Source of the DNA: Desulfomonilia bacterium
GTDB lineage: Bacteria; Desulfobacterota; Desulfomonilia; UBA1062
Direction of reading: 5' to 3'
NCBI GenBank assembly: GCA_050014195.1
Contig: JBEKDT010000003.1
Location: 128,001-192,000 of the forward strand
Length of the DNA stretch: 64,000 bases
This document shows, in pieces, positions 1 through 10,063 of the stretch (position 1 is its first letter; every line of letters starts with the position of its first letter). Made by a program: the position numbers and the translations under genes. The notes under the pieces are model-generated. The model was given only the letters and a program-made list of their open reading frames with translations, did no database searches and was not told the origin of the DNA.

Positions 1-1835
1 CAGGCCTCGTACATGCTCTGTATGGCCTTGACCACATCTTCGAACCTGATGTCCAGGCCCAGCACGCCCACCATGTCTTCCTTTTCATTCAGGACAGGTG
101 CGGAGACCGTAATGATCAATGCGCCGGTGATGCGGGAGGTGGCAACCCCGCTCACATGCAGCTTGCCGGTCTCTACGGCCTTGATGAACCACTCTCGATC
201 GGAGCAGTCCTCATCTTCTTTCATCTTGTGCATGAACTGTCCGCGGTACTCGGGCTGGGTGATGTTCTTGGTGATCTTTATCCCGTCCATGCCCGTGACA
301 TAGGCGAACTGGATGAACGGATACTCCTTGATGAACTCGGTGATGACCGGTTCCTGCTTCTTAGGTTTCATGCTCTTCATGTCTTCATTTTCAAGAAGCT
401 TCTCTATGAGCTGGCTTGCATACTCCTGGGCCTCGTACTTGATAAGGTCGAAGCCCGACAGGAAGATGTGGGGAATGAAACGCAAGGTGAGCTTTTCCAG
501 CTCCTCATCCGTCATGGAGGTGTTGCGACCATCCTCGAAATCCTTGACGATCTGCTGGTACATCCTGGTAATGCCCGGATGGCGCTTATCGATCTTATTG
601 GAATCCTCGATCTTGAAGTGGGAGTTGACCCAGTGCGCAATGCCGGCCTTGCCAGACTTGTCCGTGATGGCTATCTCGATGGGCCGGTTCAGGAACTTAC
701 CCGTGTTGAAGATATTATAGATCTCCTCGTTCTTCACCAGTCCGTCTGCGTGGATGCCCGCCCTGGTCACGTTGAAGTTCCTGCCCACAAAGGGGTAATT
801 ACCTGGGATGTGGTAGTTGATCTCCGTGTTCACATATTCGGCCAACTCGGTGATGGCCTTGGTGTCGATGCTCCCATCGTGGCCTCTCAGCGACAGATAC
901 TCAAAGACCATGGCCTCGATGGGTGTATTGCCGGTGCGCTCGCCGAACCCGAAGATAGCACAGTTGACCGCGCTGCACCCGTATAGCCAGGCCGTAGAGG
1001 CGTTTACCACCACCTTATGGAAATCATTGTGCCCGTGCCATTCCAGCAGGTGCCCGGGGACACCGGCATCGTCGATGAAGGCTCGAACCAGTTTGTCCAC
1101 GGACCTGGGCAGCGCAGCCCCTGGGAATGACACGCCGTAGCCCATAGTGTCGCAGAGCCTGATCTTCACGTCGACACCCGATTCTTCCCTGAGCTTCATG
1201 AGCTCCCGGGCAAAGGGGATGCAGAATCCATAGATGTCGGCTCTGGTTACGTCCTCGAAGTGGCACCGGGGGATGATGTCCTGGCTTAAGGCATCCTTGA
1301 CTATCCCGAGGTAGTTGTTCAGGGCCTTGCGCCTTGACCACCCGAGCTTGAGATAGATGTGGTAGTCGGACACGGAAGTGAGAATGCCGGTCTCATCGAT
1401 GCCGAATTCACGGACCAGTTTCAGGTCATCCTTGTGGGCGCGGATCCAGGAGGTCACCTTGGGGTAGTTATATCCCCTGGCGAGGCAGGACTCCACAGCG
1501 GCCTTGTCCTTTTTCGAGTAGAGGAAGAACTCGCTCACCCTGATGAGACCGGTGTCTCCGCTGATGCGGTGAAGAAAATCGTAGATGCATTCTATATGAT
1601 CCACCGAGAACGGGGTCATGGACTGCTGCCCGTCCCGGAAGGTCGTGTCGGTGATAAAGATGTCTTCCGGGGGCTGAATGGGGATCATCCGCATATCGAA
1701 GTCCACTTTCGGAACCTCGTCATAGTTGAATATGGAGCGGTAGTAGTTCCCGCGCTCGATCTCCTGGATACCGGATTCAAAATTCTTGCCCGGGGTATAA
1801 TAGAACACCTTCTTTTCTGGGTCCCATCTGGCCAT
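1..1835 (-). CDS. DRE-TIM metallolyase, probable Re-citrate synthase with C-terminal Cache-like domain (runs to the window edge)
   Basis: Absent from the ORF track; translated by hand from ATG 1835: MARWDPEKK...ITDTTFRDGQQS...CHFEDVTRAD...WHGHNDFH...GFGERTGN...REWFIKAVETG...GVLGLDIRF. Open frame to the window start. Confidence 0.8.
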   Translation of the reverse strand, partial: MARWDPEKKVFYYTPGKNFESGIQEIERGNYYRSIFNYDEVPKVDFDMRMIPIQPPEDIFITDTTFRDGQQSMTPFSVDHIECIYDFLHRISGDTGLIRVSEFFLYSKKDKAAVESCLARGYNYPKVTSWIRAHKDDLKLVREFGIDETGILTSVSDYHIYLKLGWSRRKALNNYLGIVKDALSQDIIPRCHFEDVTRADIYGFCIPFARELMKLREESGVDVKIRLCDTMGYGVSFPGAALPRSVDKLVRAFIDDAGVPGHLLEWHGHNDFHKVVVNASTAWLYGCSAVNCAIFGFGERTGNTPIEAMVFEYLSLRGHDGSIDTKAITELAEYVNTEINYHIPGNYPFVGRNFNVTRAGIHADGLVKNEEIYNIFNTGKFLNRPIEIAITDKSGKAGIAHWVNSHFKIEDSNKIDKRHPGITRMYQQIVKDFEDGRNTSMTDEELEKLTLRFIPHIFLSGFDLIKYEAQEYASQLIEKLLENEDMKSMKPKKQEPVITEFIKEYPFIQFAYVTGMDGIKITKNITQPEYRGQFMHKMKEDEDCSDREWFIKAVETGKLHVSGVATSRITGALIITVSAPVLNEKEDMVGVLGLDIRFEDVVKAIQSMYEA

Positions 1836-1836
1836 A

Positions 1837-2637
1837 TTATTTCTTCTTCCCTTTGGGTACGTATGCGTCCTTGGGTATCTTTTCCGGCTCAGGTGCGCCG
1901 GCCTCGCGACGGGCCTCGATGATCTCCTCGGTGGTCATATCCCTGGGGACCTTCAGATCCTGGCCTGCATAGAGTACCTTGGGGTCTTTGATCTGGTCAC
2001 GGTTCGCCTTGTAGATGAGCGGCCACATGAAGGAATCATTGAATATCTCATGGCGCGCGGCAATACTCGGCAGGGTGTCTCCCTTTTTCACCACATAGAT
2101 CGCAGGATAGGCCTCAAGTAGCGCCGGTTCCGAACTCTTCTGTATCTCCTCACGCTTCTGGGTTATTTCAGTCCCGAGCTCTTCGAGGTGCTTCTGCTTT
2201 TCTTCCGCCGTCTTCTGCTGGACATCCTGATAGGTGGTTTTGAATGTAACGGCCATCGATTGCAGGGTGCGTGCATCATTATCCGTGTATGCCTTGAGCA
2301 TATCGAGGTAAAGCATGAGCAGTGAGAAGGATTCCTTCTTTGCATATTCAAAGCCCGAGATCTCAACAACCTTCTTGAGCTGGTCCGCTGCGGCGGACAT
2401 GAGTGCCCTGTCTTCCTCGTCAGCAGTCCTAAGCTGCCTGAATGCCTGGACGAATTTCTCTGCAGCCTTCACATCATCCTTATGGTCAAGGGCATACATG
2501 CCCTGCCTGATGCTCTGAGCAAACACCTTCATGGCCTCTTTCCTGGGGTCCGTCTGGGCGCCTTCCTGCGCAGTCTTTGTCGTTGCACAGCCGAAAAGCA
2601 ACAGCACCATGAAAAGGTAGTAAAAAAATCGCCTCAT
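1837..2637 (-). CDS. LysM peptidoglycan-binding lipoprotein
   Basis: Lipobox LLFGC; C-terminal [13 protein letters not shown]...[15 protein letters not shown] LysM motif. Confidence 0.85.
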   Translation of the reverse strand: MRRFFYYLFMVLLLFGCATTKTAQEGAQTDPRKEAMKVFAQSIRQGMYALDHKDDVKAAEKFVQAFRQLRTADEEDRALMSAAADQLKKVVEISGFEYAKKESFSLLMLYLDMLKAYTDNDARTLQSMAVTFKTTYQDVQQKTAEEKQKHLEELGTEITQKREEIQKSSEPALLEAYPAIYVVKKGDTLPSIAARHEIFNDSFMWPLIYKANRDQIKDPKVLYAGQDLKVPRDMTTEEIIEARREAGAPEPEKIPKDAYVPKGKKK

Positions 2638-4421
2638 CTCTCTCCCTCTATCATCTTCAGGCCGAGCTCGGCAAGCTGCTTGGGGTCGACATCCGAAGGG
2701 GCCTCGGTCATGGTGCAGAACGCCTTCTGGGTCTTGGGGAAGGCAATGACATCGCGGATGCTCGTGGTGCCTGCGAGCAGCATGATGAGCCTGTCGAACC
2801 CGAAGGCAATCCCGCCATGCGGCGGTGCCCCATACCTGAGTGCCTCCAGCAGATACCCGAATTTGACCTTGGCCTGATCTTCGGTCAACCCGATGACCTT
2901 GAAGACCTTCTGCTGGATATCTTGCGTGTGGATTCTTATACTGCCTCCGCCCACCTCGCTGCCGTTGATCACCATATCGTAGGCCTGGCTCTTGACCTTG
3001 GCAGGATCAGAATCCAACAGGGTTATGTCTTCCGGGACCGGGGCGGTGAAGGGATGATGGACCGAGACCAGCCTGTCTTGCTCCTGGCTCCATTCGAACA
3101 GTGGGAAGTCCGTGACCCATAGGGCCCCGAAGGAACCTTCCGGTATCAGCTTCAACCGCTCTGCCAAGTGAAGTCTCAGGGCTGAAAGGCTTGCATTCAC
3201 TACACTCTTCTTGTCAGCAATAAACAACGCTACATCTCCCGGCACCATATCAAGCCGCTGGGAAATGCCGGCAAACTGGCTTTCCTTGAAGAATTTTGTA
3301 AGCGTAGACTTCCACCCGTCCTCATCGAGGCGGGCCCAGAGCACGCCCTTGGCTCCATAGTCCGCAATGATTGACTGCAAAGAGTCCAGGTCCTTCCTGC
3401 TGAGGTTGTGCGGGGCCTTGACGGCAATGGCCTTGACCGCGCCGCCCTCGGAAACCGCGGCGGTAAAAACACGGAAGTCAGAGGTGGCGGCGATATCAGA
3501 TACATCGACAAGCTTCATACCGAAGCGGGTGTCAGGCCTGTCATTGCCATACTCGGACAAGGCCTGTTCGTAGCTCATCTTCGGGAAGGGTTGAGGAAGC
3601 TCCACACCGATAGTCTCCCAAAAGAGATCGGCAATGGCCCCTTCGTTGATCCTAAGGACGTCATCCATAGTCACGAACGACATCTCGATATCGATCTGTG
3701 TGAATTCCGGTTGGCGGTCGGCCCTTAAGTCTTCATCGCGGAAGCACTTCACGATCTGGTAGTAGCGGTCGAGGCCTGAGACCATGAGGAGCTGCTTGAA
3801 GAGCTGGGGCGACTGTGGCAGGGCATAAAATTTTCCCGGGAAGATCCTGCTCGGGACCAGATAGTCGCGGGCCCCTTCAGGTGTGCTCTTGGCCAATACA
3901 GGGGTCTCCACTTCGATGAAGCGGTTTGCGTCATAGTACTTTCTAATGCTCTGCGCCGCCTTATGCCTCAGGAGTATGTTCCTCTGGAGGCTTGGCCTCC
4001 TCAGATCGAGGTACCGATACTTGAGCCTTAAGGTGTCGTTGATGTCTGCACCGTCTTCGATGACAAAGGGCGGGGTTAAGGCCTCGTTGAACACCACCAC
4101 CTCGTGGGCTGTAACCTCGACGTCGCCTGTTGCCATGGAAGGATTTCGCATCTCTTCCGGCCGTTTCAGCAGCTCGCCCGTGATGGCGATGCAGTACTCG
4201 GGCCTTAACGTATGGGCCACTGCATGGGCCTTGGGCTGGTCTTCAGGGCTGCAGACCACCTGGGCAATGCCGGTGCGGTCGCGTATATCGATGAATATGA
4301 GCCCGCCAAGGTCCCTCCTGCGCTGGACCCAGCCGAAGAGCGTCACTGTTGTCCCCTCAGGGATATGGTTGATCTCGCCGCAGTAGTGTGTGCGTTTCAG
4401 TCCTTGCTTACCGCTCGTCAC
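2634..4421 (-). CDS. aspS: aspartate--tRNA ligase
   Basis: [46 protein letters not shown]. Confidence 0.98.
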   Translation of the reverse strand: MTSGKQGLKRTHYCGEINHIPEGTTVTLFGWVQRRRDLGGLIFIDIRDRTGIAQVVCSPEDQPKAHAVAHTLRPEYCIAITGELLKRPEEMRNPSMATGDVEVTAHEVVVFNEALTPPFVIEDGADINDTLRLKYRYLDLRRPSLQRNILLRHKAAQSIRKYYDANRFIEVETPVLAKSTPEGARDYLVPSRIFPGKFYALPQSPQLFKQLLMVSGLDRYYQIVKCFRDEDLRADRQPEFTQIDIEMSFVTMDDVLRINEGAIADLFWETIGVELPQPFPKMSYEQALSEYGNDRPDTRFGMKLVDVSDIAATSDFRVFTAAVSEGGAVKAIAVKAPHNLSRKDLDSLQSIIADYGAKGVLWARLDEDGWKSTLTKFFKESQFAGISQRLDMVPGDVALFIADKKSVVNASLSALRLHLAERLKLIPEGSFGALWVTDFPLFEWSQEQDRLVSVHHPFTAPVPEDITLLDSDPAKVKSQAYDMVINGSEVGGGSIRIHTQDIQQKVFKVIGLTEDQAKVKFGYLLEALRYGAPPHGGIAFGFDRLIMLLAGTTSIRDVIAFPKTQKAFCTMTEAPSDVDPKQLAELGLKMIEGER

Positions 4422-5686
4422 GCATTCTCTCCTTTATTCATAAGCATGGATTTGATTTCATAAAGGACAGCCTTTCGCTCGATAGTACGCTGAGGCACAT
4501 GGCCCGACATGTCCTTGACGCTCAGGGTGGATGAATTTATCTCATCTTCGCCCATGATGACGCAGATGGGGTAGCCGGCCTTGTCGGCGCGGCGCATCTG
4601 GGCCTTGAAGCTCTTGCCGAAGGCGGCCTCGGCCCGGATGCCTGCAGACCTGAGCTCGGAGATAAGGCCTAAGGCCTCCTGCTCTACCCGGGGCTCGGCC
4701 TGGGCCACCACAAAGCACCCCGCGAGCTTCTCCCGGGGTTCACCCATGAGCATGATCATACGCTCCATGCCGAAGGCGAAGCCGATACCCCCCACCGCCG
4801 GCCCGTCCAGTATGCTCAGGAGGTCGTCATACCTGCCGCCGCCCACTATCGCATTCTGGGAGCCCAAGCCCGCGGCCGCAATCTCGAAGGTGGTCCTGGT
4901 GTAGTAGTCAAGCCCGCGGACCAGCCTGGGGTTTTTCTCATACCGCACGCCAAAGGTGCTCAACCCGGTAAGGACCTTCCCATAGTGGGTCCTGCAGTCA
5001 TCGCAGAGATGATCTTCGATGAAGGGTGCCCCCTCCACAGCCTCCTTGCAGGTCGGCACCTTGCAGTCCAAGACCCGTAGAGGGTTCGTATGCATCCGCC
5101 TCCTGCAATCTTCGCAGAGGCTGTCCTGCCGGGACGCCAGGAACTGCTGCAATGCCTCTTTGAATACAGGCCTGCAGGCCTTGCAGCCCAGAGAGTTCAC
5201 CTCCATGACCAGCGCTTCTTTGCCCAATAGTGAGCTCGCCAGGTCATAGGCCATGGCAAGGGTCTCGGCGTCTGCCAGGGGGCCGTCCTCGCCAAGGCGC
5301 TCTGCATTGATCTGGTGGAACTGGCGGTATCTCCCCTTCTGGGGCCGCTCATAACGGAACATGGGGCCGATGCTGTAAAGCTTGACAATGGGGTCCTTGT
5401 TCAACAGGCCGTGCTCGATGACCGCGCGGAGCACGCATGCCGTGGCCTCGGGCCTTAAGCTCACCAAATCGCCGGACTTGTCCGTGAAGGTGTACATCTG
5501 TTTTTCCACCACATCGGTGTCATCCCCTATGCCCCGCAGGAAGAGCTCGGTCCGTTCCATTACGGGCGGACGCAGCTCGGAGAAGCCATAGAGCGAGAAA
5601 ATCCTGCGTGTAGTGTCCTCAACGAAACGCCACTTGGCCGCTTCATCGGGCAGGATATCGTTCATGCCGCGTATTGCATTGATCAC
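4418..5686 (-). CDS. hisS: histidine--tRNA ligase
   Basis: [40 protein letters not shown]. Confidence 0.98.
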   Translation of the reverse strand: MINAIRGMNDILPDEAAKWRFVEDTTRRIFSLYGFSELRPPVMERTELFLRGIGDDTDVVEKQMYTFTDKSGDLVSLRPEATACVLRAVIEHGLLNKDPIVKLYSIGPMFRYERPQKGRYRQFHQINAERLGEDGPLADAETLAMAYDLASSLLGKEALVMEVNSLGCKACRPVFKEALQQFLASRQDSLCEDCRRRMHTNPLRVLDCKVPTCKEAVEGAPFIEDHLCDDCRTHYGKVLTGLSTFGVRYEKNPRLVRGLDYYTRTTFEIAAAGLGSQNAIVGGGRYDDLLSILDGPAVGGIGFAFGMERMIMLMGEPREKLAGCFVVAQAEPRVEQEALGLISELRSAGIRAEAAFGKSFKAQMRRADKAGYPICVIMGEDEINSSTLSVKDMSGHVPQRTIERKAVLYEIKSMLMNKGENA

Positions 5687-5729
5687 ACATATTCTCCTTA
5701 AGCTCGTGAAGTGTTCAGTCTATGGAGCA

Positions 5730-6608
5730 TCAGAGCCCGCGTGCCCATTCGGGCCGGATCATCTTCGAGGAGGTGTCGGCAAGTGCCTGGTCGATGAGCC
5801 GCAGGATCTCCTCCTTGTCCCGGGGCAGGGTCCCGCTGATGGGCAGGTAGTTGGATGCGTGTTCCGAGCCGAACTTGCAGTTTGTGAGCGTGAGGTCCTC
5901 TACAAACCACCTGAGCTCCTGAAGAGACTGCTTCTTGTCGATCAGCTTGAACCCGTCGCCCATGATCTTCTCTTCATAGACCTTCTCGTATGGTCCCAGC
6001 ATGAGAGTGAGCGTGGCCAGGAAGTGCGGGTCGATGGCATTGGCAACACGGGCCGAGTCCTTGGCATGGGCATGGCTGTCGTCCACGCCGCCGAGGCCCA
6101 GGATGATGAAGGTGGACATGCGCAGACCCGCATCAATTGCCTTTCTGCTCACCTCGATGATCTGCTTTGAGGTCGCACCCTTCTTGATTTTTTTCAGGAG
6201 TGCGTCGTTGCCCGTCTCGATGCCGAGATAAAGGACATCGAGCTTGCGTGCCTTGAACTCCTTGAGCTCTTCTTTTGTCTTGGCTTTCAGGTTGGTGGGC
6301 CCAGCATAGGTGCTGATGCGTTCCAGCTTGGGGAACCTCTGATTCATGAGGTCGAGGACCTTGATGATAAAGTCCGCTGGTGCAGCCAGGGGATCTCCAT
6401 CGGCCAAAAAGATCTTCCTGGTGTTCGGGTATTGCCACGACATCTCAATGACATCCTTTTCAACCTCTTCAAAAGGACGCACCAGGAATTTCTTGGTCTT
6501 GTACATGGCGCAGAACAGACACCTGTTCCACGAGCAGCCCAAAGTTACCTGGAAGATGAGCGACCTCGCCTCGGAGGGCGGCCTGAATAGGGGCATATCG
6601 TATTCCAT
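5730..6608 (-). CDS. radical SAM protein (uncharacterised RPPSEA-type family)
   Basis: RPPSEA...GCSWNRCLFC (CxxxxCxxC-like Cys triad); C-terminal HASNY. Confidence 0.88.
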   Translation of the reverse strand: MEYDMPLFRPPSEARSLIFQVTLGCSWNRCLFCAMYKTKKFLVRPFEEVEKDVIEMSWQYPNTRKIFLADGDPLAAPADFIIKVLDLMNQRFPKLERISTYAGPTNLKAKTKEELKEFKARKLDVLYLGIETGNDALLKKIKKGATSKQIIEVSRKAIDAGLRMSTFIILGLGGVDDSHAHAKDSARVANAIDPHFLATLTLMLGPYEKVYEEKIMGDGFKLIDKKQSLQELRWFVEDLTLTNCKFGSEHASNYLPISGTLPRDKEEILRLIDQALADTSSKMIRPEWARGL

Positions 6609-6884
6609 CGGCTATCTCCTTGATACTCTTCTCATGATGTATGTTTTCATTACCGGATGGTGCGTGGGCCCTGACAGGAGGCTATCTGTCCTGATAATAC
6701 TTCAGATGTGCTTTTCATGAGCGCACCTCTCGCCTCGTTTCCATCTCCAAGTGTAATACAAAACCATAACAGGGGAAAAAATTCAATCCCAAGCTATGTT
6801 ACCATTCAATATGCCTGCCATGACACCCCATTTTATAAAGAGGAAGAAGGACTTCCCAACTATGGCGCCTAAGATGAGCCTCTG

Positions 6885-7292
6885 TTATTCCCCCTTTGGG
6901 TAATCATGTGATTTATAGGGCTTGATGTCCAGAATGGGTGTGCCGTCCAGCAGGTCTACATTATCCACAAAGAGCGTATTGCCCTCAACCCTTATCAGCC
7001 GCAGGATCGACATGCCAAGGGCATTAGGCCGGTTCGGCGAGCACAGGCTGAATACCCCCTTAAGCTCTCCCTCTCCCCTGCGTTTCTGCATAAGCGTGAA
7101 GCCTTCTGCGCGATGGAAGTGGAAGAGGACCACTATGTGATCATACTCTTCCAACCCTGCAAGGCCTTCCGCATATGGCTCTAACATCTCGATGGTACCT
7201 CTGATTTCTGAGGCGGTATAGAACTTGGGCGCCATATCAGAATTAACAAGCTCGCAGTGCATGAAGCCGATCGGCCTGTAGCAGATATCCAT
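6885..7292 (-). CDS. trmO: tRNA m6t6A37 methyltransferase TrmO/TsaA-like
   Basis: PIG, GVFSLCSPNRPNALGMS, DLLDGTPILDIKPY; start chosen at MDICY. Confidence 0.85.
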   Translation of the reverse strand: MDICYRPIGFMHCELVNSDMAPKFYTASEIRGTIEMLEPYAEGLAGLEEYDHIVVLFHFHRAEGFTLMQKRRGEGELKGVFSLCSPNRPNALGMSILRLIRVEGNTLFVDNVDLLDGTPILDIKPYKSHDYPKGE

Positions 7293-7371
7293 AAAGATCT
7301 TGTACCTCATTCCGGCAACGATGGGAACAGAGGAACACTATCCTTCATCGAGCAAAAGACCTGTCACTGTT

Positions 7372-8643
7372 TTATACGAGGGGAATTCCTGTACGTCGTG
7401 CAATATGCTTCAGGTAAAAATGAGACAGTCTGGTTGCAGGCTTTTTCATCTCTCTCATGTGCTCCATTATAGCCCTTTCCATCCTCTCCGACTCTATGAA
7501 CGCCTTGTGGGAGGTCTCTCTAAAGTAATCTTCACTGCTATCCCACAGATGGGCCGGAAAGCGTTCAGACCATTGTGTCTCAAGATCCATGATACTTCCC
7601 TGAACCAAGGGTCTCACGGAATCATATCGAAGGACGGCATGGATATGATACGCCTCATGCCGCCACCAGAATGAATCTTCGGAATAAACACTGCCCCCCT
7701 TGGACGTATCCGTGAAAGGTGCTGCAGGCATGAACGGTTTGAATGGTGTAAGGCACGGGGCGGAACCCGCAGTAACAAATATCCTGATCTTATCGTCCTG
7801 GTGCAGTTCCACTGCCATGGACCCTGTTGTCTGGGACCTCCTGATCAATGGATCTGATGCATGCATACAAACATCACGGTTGAAGCCTTCGGATGGTGTA
7901 GTTCCATAGTGGCTTCTCAGCATGCTAAAAACATCGGTTATTCCGATACTGCCCTTTCCCTTCAGTATGGCGGCATCATTTTGCCTTTTCCTGAAAACAC
8001 TGCCGGCAAAATAAGTAGTAATGGGGTTGGTTAAGATACTCAAATCGGTACCCTTGGCAAAGGAAGACCGGTCCCAATCTGCCGTGATGGTAATCCCATT
8101 TGAGATAACGGCAAAATCGTTATGGAGTTTGATGGCATAGTCCCTGCCGGCAGTCTCCAGGATCATGATGCCGTCCCGATCCATAATAATAAACGAGTTC
8201 ATATAACTGAACTTCTTGTCACGGTAACCGCATGGACCGGCCTGTCCATATTTACTCAAGAGATCGATAATGACACCCGCCGCCTCTTCGGCTGTGCCAG
8301 ACCTTTCAAGCGCAAGCCGCAAGAGATCCATCCCGATGAGCCCCGGCTCCTTCTCGGGTTTGATCTTTGTGAACAGGGCCTCATTCCCGATGACTACGCC
8401 CTTCTCATTCACACCCATCTCCGCTCCCCAGATCCAGAAGGGCTTACTTATAACAATAGCGTGCGTATAACTTACCTGGGGAATCGCAGTATGGGTGCAT
8501 TGCAGGACTTCCCTTTCAGGATGGCTTTTCCGGGGGATCGAAAGGACAAGCTGCGCTTCGTCAGCCTCCCTGTCCGAGTTCTTTCCGAAAGTGCTTATAC
8601 CGGAACTGGTAAATTTTGGTCCAATTCCAATAGTATCGCACAT
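7372..8643 (-). CDS. C69-family peptidase (secernin/dipeptidase-like Ntn hydrolase)
   Basis: MCDT N-terminal Cys after a GGAGGAG RBS; KNSDR; WGAEMGVNEKGV.IGNEA; GMDLLRLALER. Confidence 0.88.
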   Translation of the reverse strand: MCDTIGIGPKFTSSGISTFGKNSDREADEAQLVLSIPRKSHPEREVLQCTHTAIPQVSYTHAIVISKPFWIWGAEMGVNEKGVVIGNEALFTKIKPEKEPGLIGMDLLRLALERSGTAEEAAGVIIDLLSKYGQAGPCGYRDKKFSYMNSFIIMDRDGIMILETAGRDYAIKLHNDFAVISNGITITADWDRSSFAKGTDLSILTNPITTYFAGSVFRKRQNDAAILKGKGSIGITDVFSMLRSHYGTTPSEGFNRDVCMHASDPLIRRSQTTGSMAVELHQDDKIRIFVTAGSAPCLTPFKPFMPAAPFTDTSKGGSVYSEDSFWWRHEAYHIHAVLRYDSVRPLVQGSIMDLETQWSERFPAHLWDSSEDYFRETSHKAFIESERMERAIMEHMREMKKPATRLSHFYLKHIARRTGIPLV

Positions 8644-8880
8644 AGAATCTCCTCCTCTTGTAAAGATGGGTTCGTGAAAGAACAAATTTATACATTTCAT
8701 ACTATACGTAAGTCTCCCTTGAGAAAACACGAAACTGTGCTTCTCGTAACAAGATTCCTGTGAACTCCCTTCTAAGGAGGTGCACCGGTTGATGATCATT
8801 TTCCCTGCTTAAGTACCGGCTTTTTGTTTCCGGATCCTCTCATCCTTGACCAACCCAATTTTCCACCCTATAACAGCCTC

Positions 8881-9774
8881 ATGCATGTCCCCGAACATCT
8901 CGTCATCCGGCCTCCCAGCGAGGCCAAGAGCCTTCTGATAAGGACCGTGAGAGGTTGTAACTGGAACCGGTGTCTGTTCTGCGGCATCTATGACTATTTC
9001 GACACACCCTATTCTGAGCGAGGCCTCGCTGAGGTTATCAAGGACATCGATTCGCTCTCAGACATGTACGGCGACATATTCAAGACCGCATTTTTAGGTG
9101 ATGCGAACCCCCTTGCCCTGCCCACGGATTTCCTGGTTGCGGTGCTGACGCATCTCCGGAAAAAGTTCCCTTCCCTGACGCGGGTCACCTCATATGCAAG
9201 GGCATCGAGCCTGGCCAAGAAGTCAGTCGAAGAGCTCAGGGCCATCCATGATGCCGGCCTCGACCGGGCGCACGTGGGCATGGAGAGCGGGTCGGATGCA
9301 GTGCTCAAGCTCCAGAAAAAGGGTACGAGCCAGGTCCAGCTCATCGATGCCGGTAAAAAGACCATGTCCTCGGGCATGGAGCTGTCCTATTACTTCCTTT
9401 TGGGATTGGGCGGGCAAGCACTCTGGGAGGATCACATAAAGGGTACCGCCTTGGTCATCAATGAGGTGAAGCCCCATTTCGTCCGTGTGCGTCGGCTGTG
9501 GATCCACCCCATGTCGCGACTGATGGAAAAGATCAATGCCGGAGAGTTCATGGAGCAGACCCCGGAAGGCACGGTCATAGAGCTGAGGGATCTCGTCAAG
9601 GCCCTCGACCCCTCGTCTACCGTGCTCGCCTGCGATCATGCAAACAACTACATCCAGGTCTTCGGCAGGCTTGATGAGGACAAGCAAGAGATGCTGCGCC
9701 TCATCAACACGTTTCTCGAACTACCTGTACAACAGCGGCAGAACCATTATCGTTCGATACCGTCGGTTATTTAA
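8881..9774 (+). CDS. radical SAM protein, paralog of 5730-6608
   Basis: IRPPSEAKS...GCNWNRCLFC; DHANNY. Confidence 0.87.
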   Translation: MHVPEHLVIRPPSEAKSLLIRTVRGCNWNRCLFCGIYDYFDTPYSERGLAEVIKDIDSLSDMYGDIFKTAFLGDANPLALPTDFLVAVLTHLRKKFPSLTRVTSYARASSLAKKSVEELRAIHDAGLDRAHVGMESGSDAVLKLQKKGTSQVQLIDAGKKTMSSGMELSYYFLLGLGGQALWEDHIKGTALVINEVKPHFVRVRRLWIHPMSRLMEKINAGEFMEQTPEGTVIELRDLVKALDPSSTVLACDHANNYIQVFGRLDEDKQEMLRLINTFLELPVQQRQNHYRSIPSVI

Positions 9775-9821
9775 TATGAGCTATTAAGCCTGTACTCCAC
9801 ACGTCTCTTTCCAGTTTTTCC

Positions 9822-9850
9822 TTGACTTCTCGGTGCGTTTTCTTTAAAGC
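9822..9850 (+). promoter_or_regulatory. putative sigma70 promoter of the leader/ABC operon
   Basis: TTGACT-17 nt-TAAAGC just upstream of the leader peptide; weak -10. Confidence 0.45.
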
Positions 9851-9859
9851 CCCTAGTCT

Positions 9860-9913
9860 ATGGCAACTGTGATCATGGCAAAAAAAACGTTCGGGTTCTT
9901 CTTTTTTGATTAG
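9860..9913 (+). CDS. Phe-rich attenuator leader peptide (MATVIMAKKTFGFFFFD; alternative start 9875)
   Basis: 5 Phe codons within 6 codons just before the TAG, followed directly by antiterminator and terminator. Confidence 0.8.
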   Translation: MATVIMAKKTFGFFFFD

Positions 9914-9947
9914 GTCTGCCTGCGTTTAAGCTTTTTTAGATCTAGTC

Positions 9948-9999
9948 AAAAAAAGCCGTAGGTAGACCGGTTTTGTCTACCTGCGGCTTTTTTTATTTT
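9948..9999 (+). terminator. attenuator intrinsic terminator
   Basis: AAAAAAGCCGTAGGTAGAC-loop-GTCTACCTGCGGCTTTTTTT; its 5' arm can pair alternatively with 9913-9924. Confidence 0.85.
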
Positions 10000-10063
10000 A
10001 GGGATATGAAGATCCCATCACAGGTGTGGTGGACAGTAAAATAAAGATAGGGGAGGAATTGAA

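Noticed and set aside
156-1922. Plus-strand ORFs of 276, 135 and 187 aa
   Set aside because: Antisense shadows of the minus-strand DRE-TIM gene. The same applies to the many antisense ORFs over glyS, glyQ, copA, pnp and infB.
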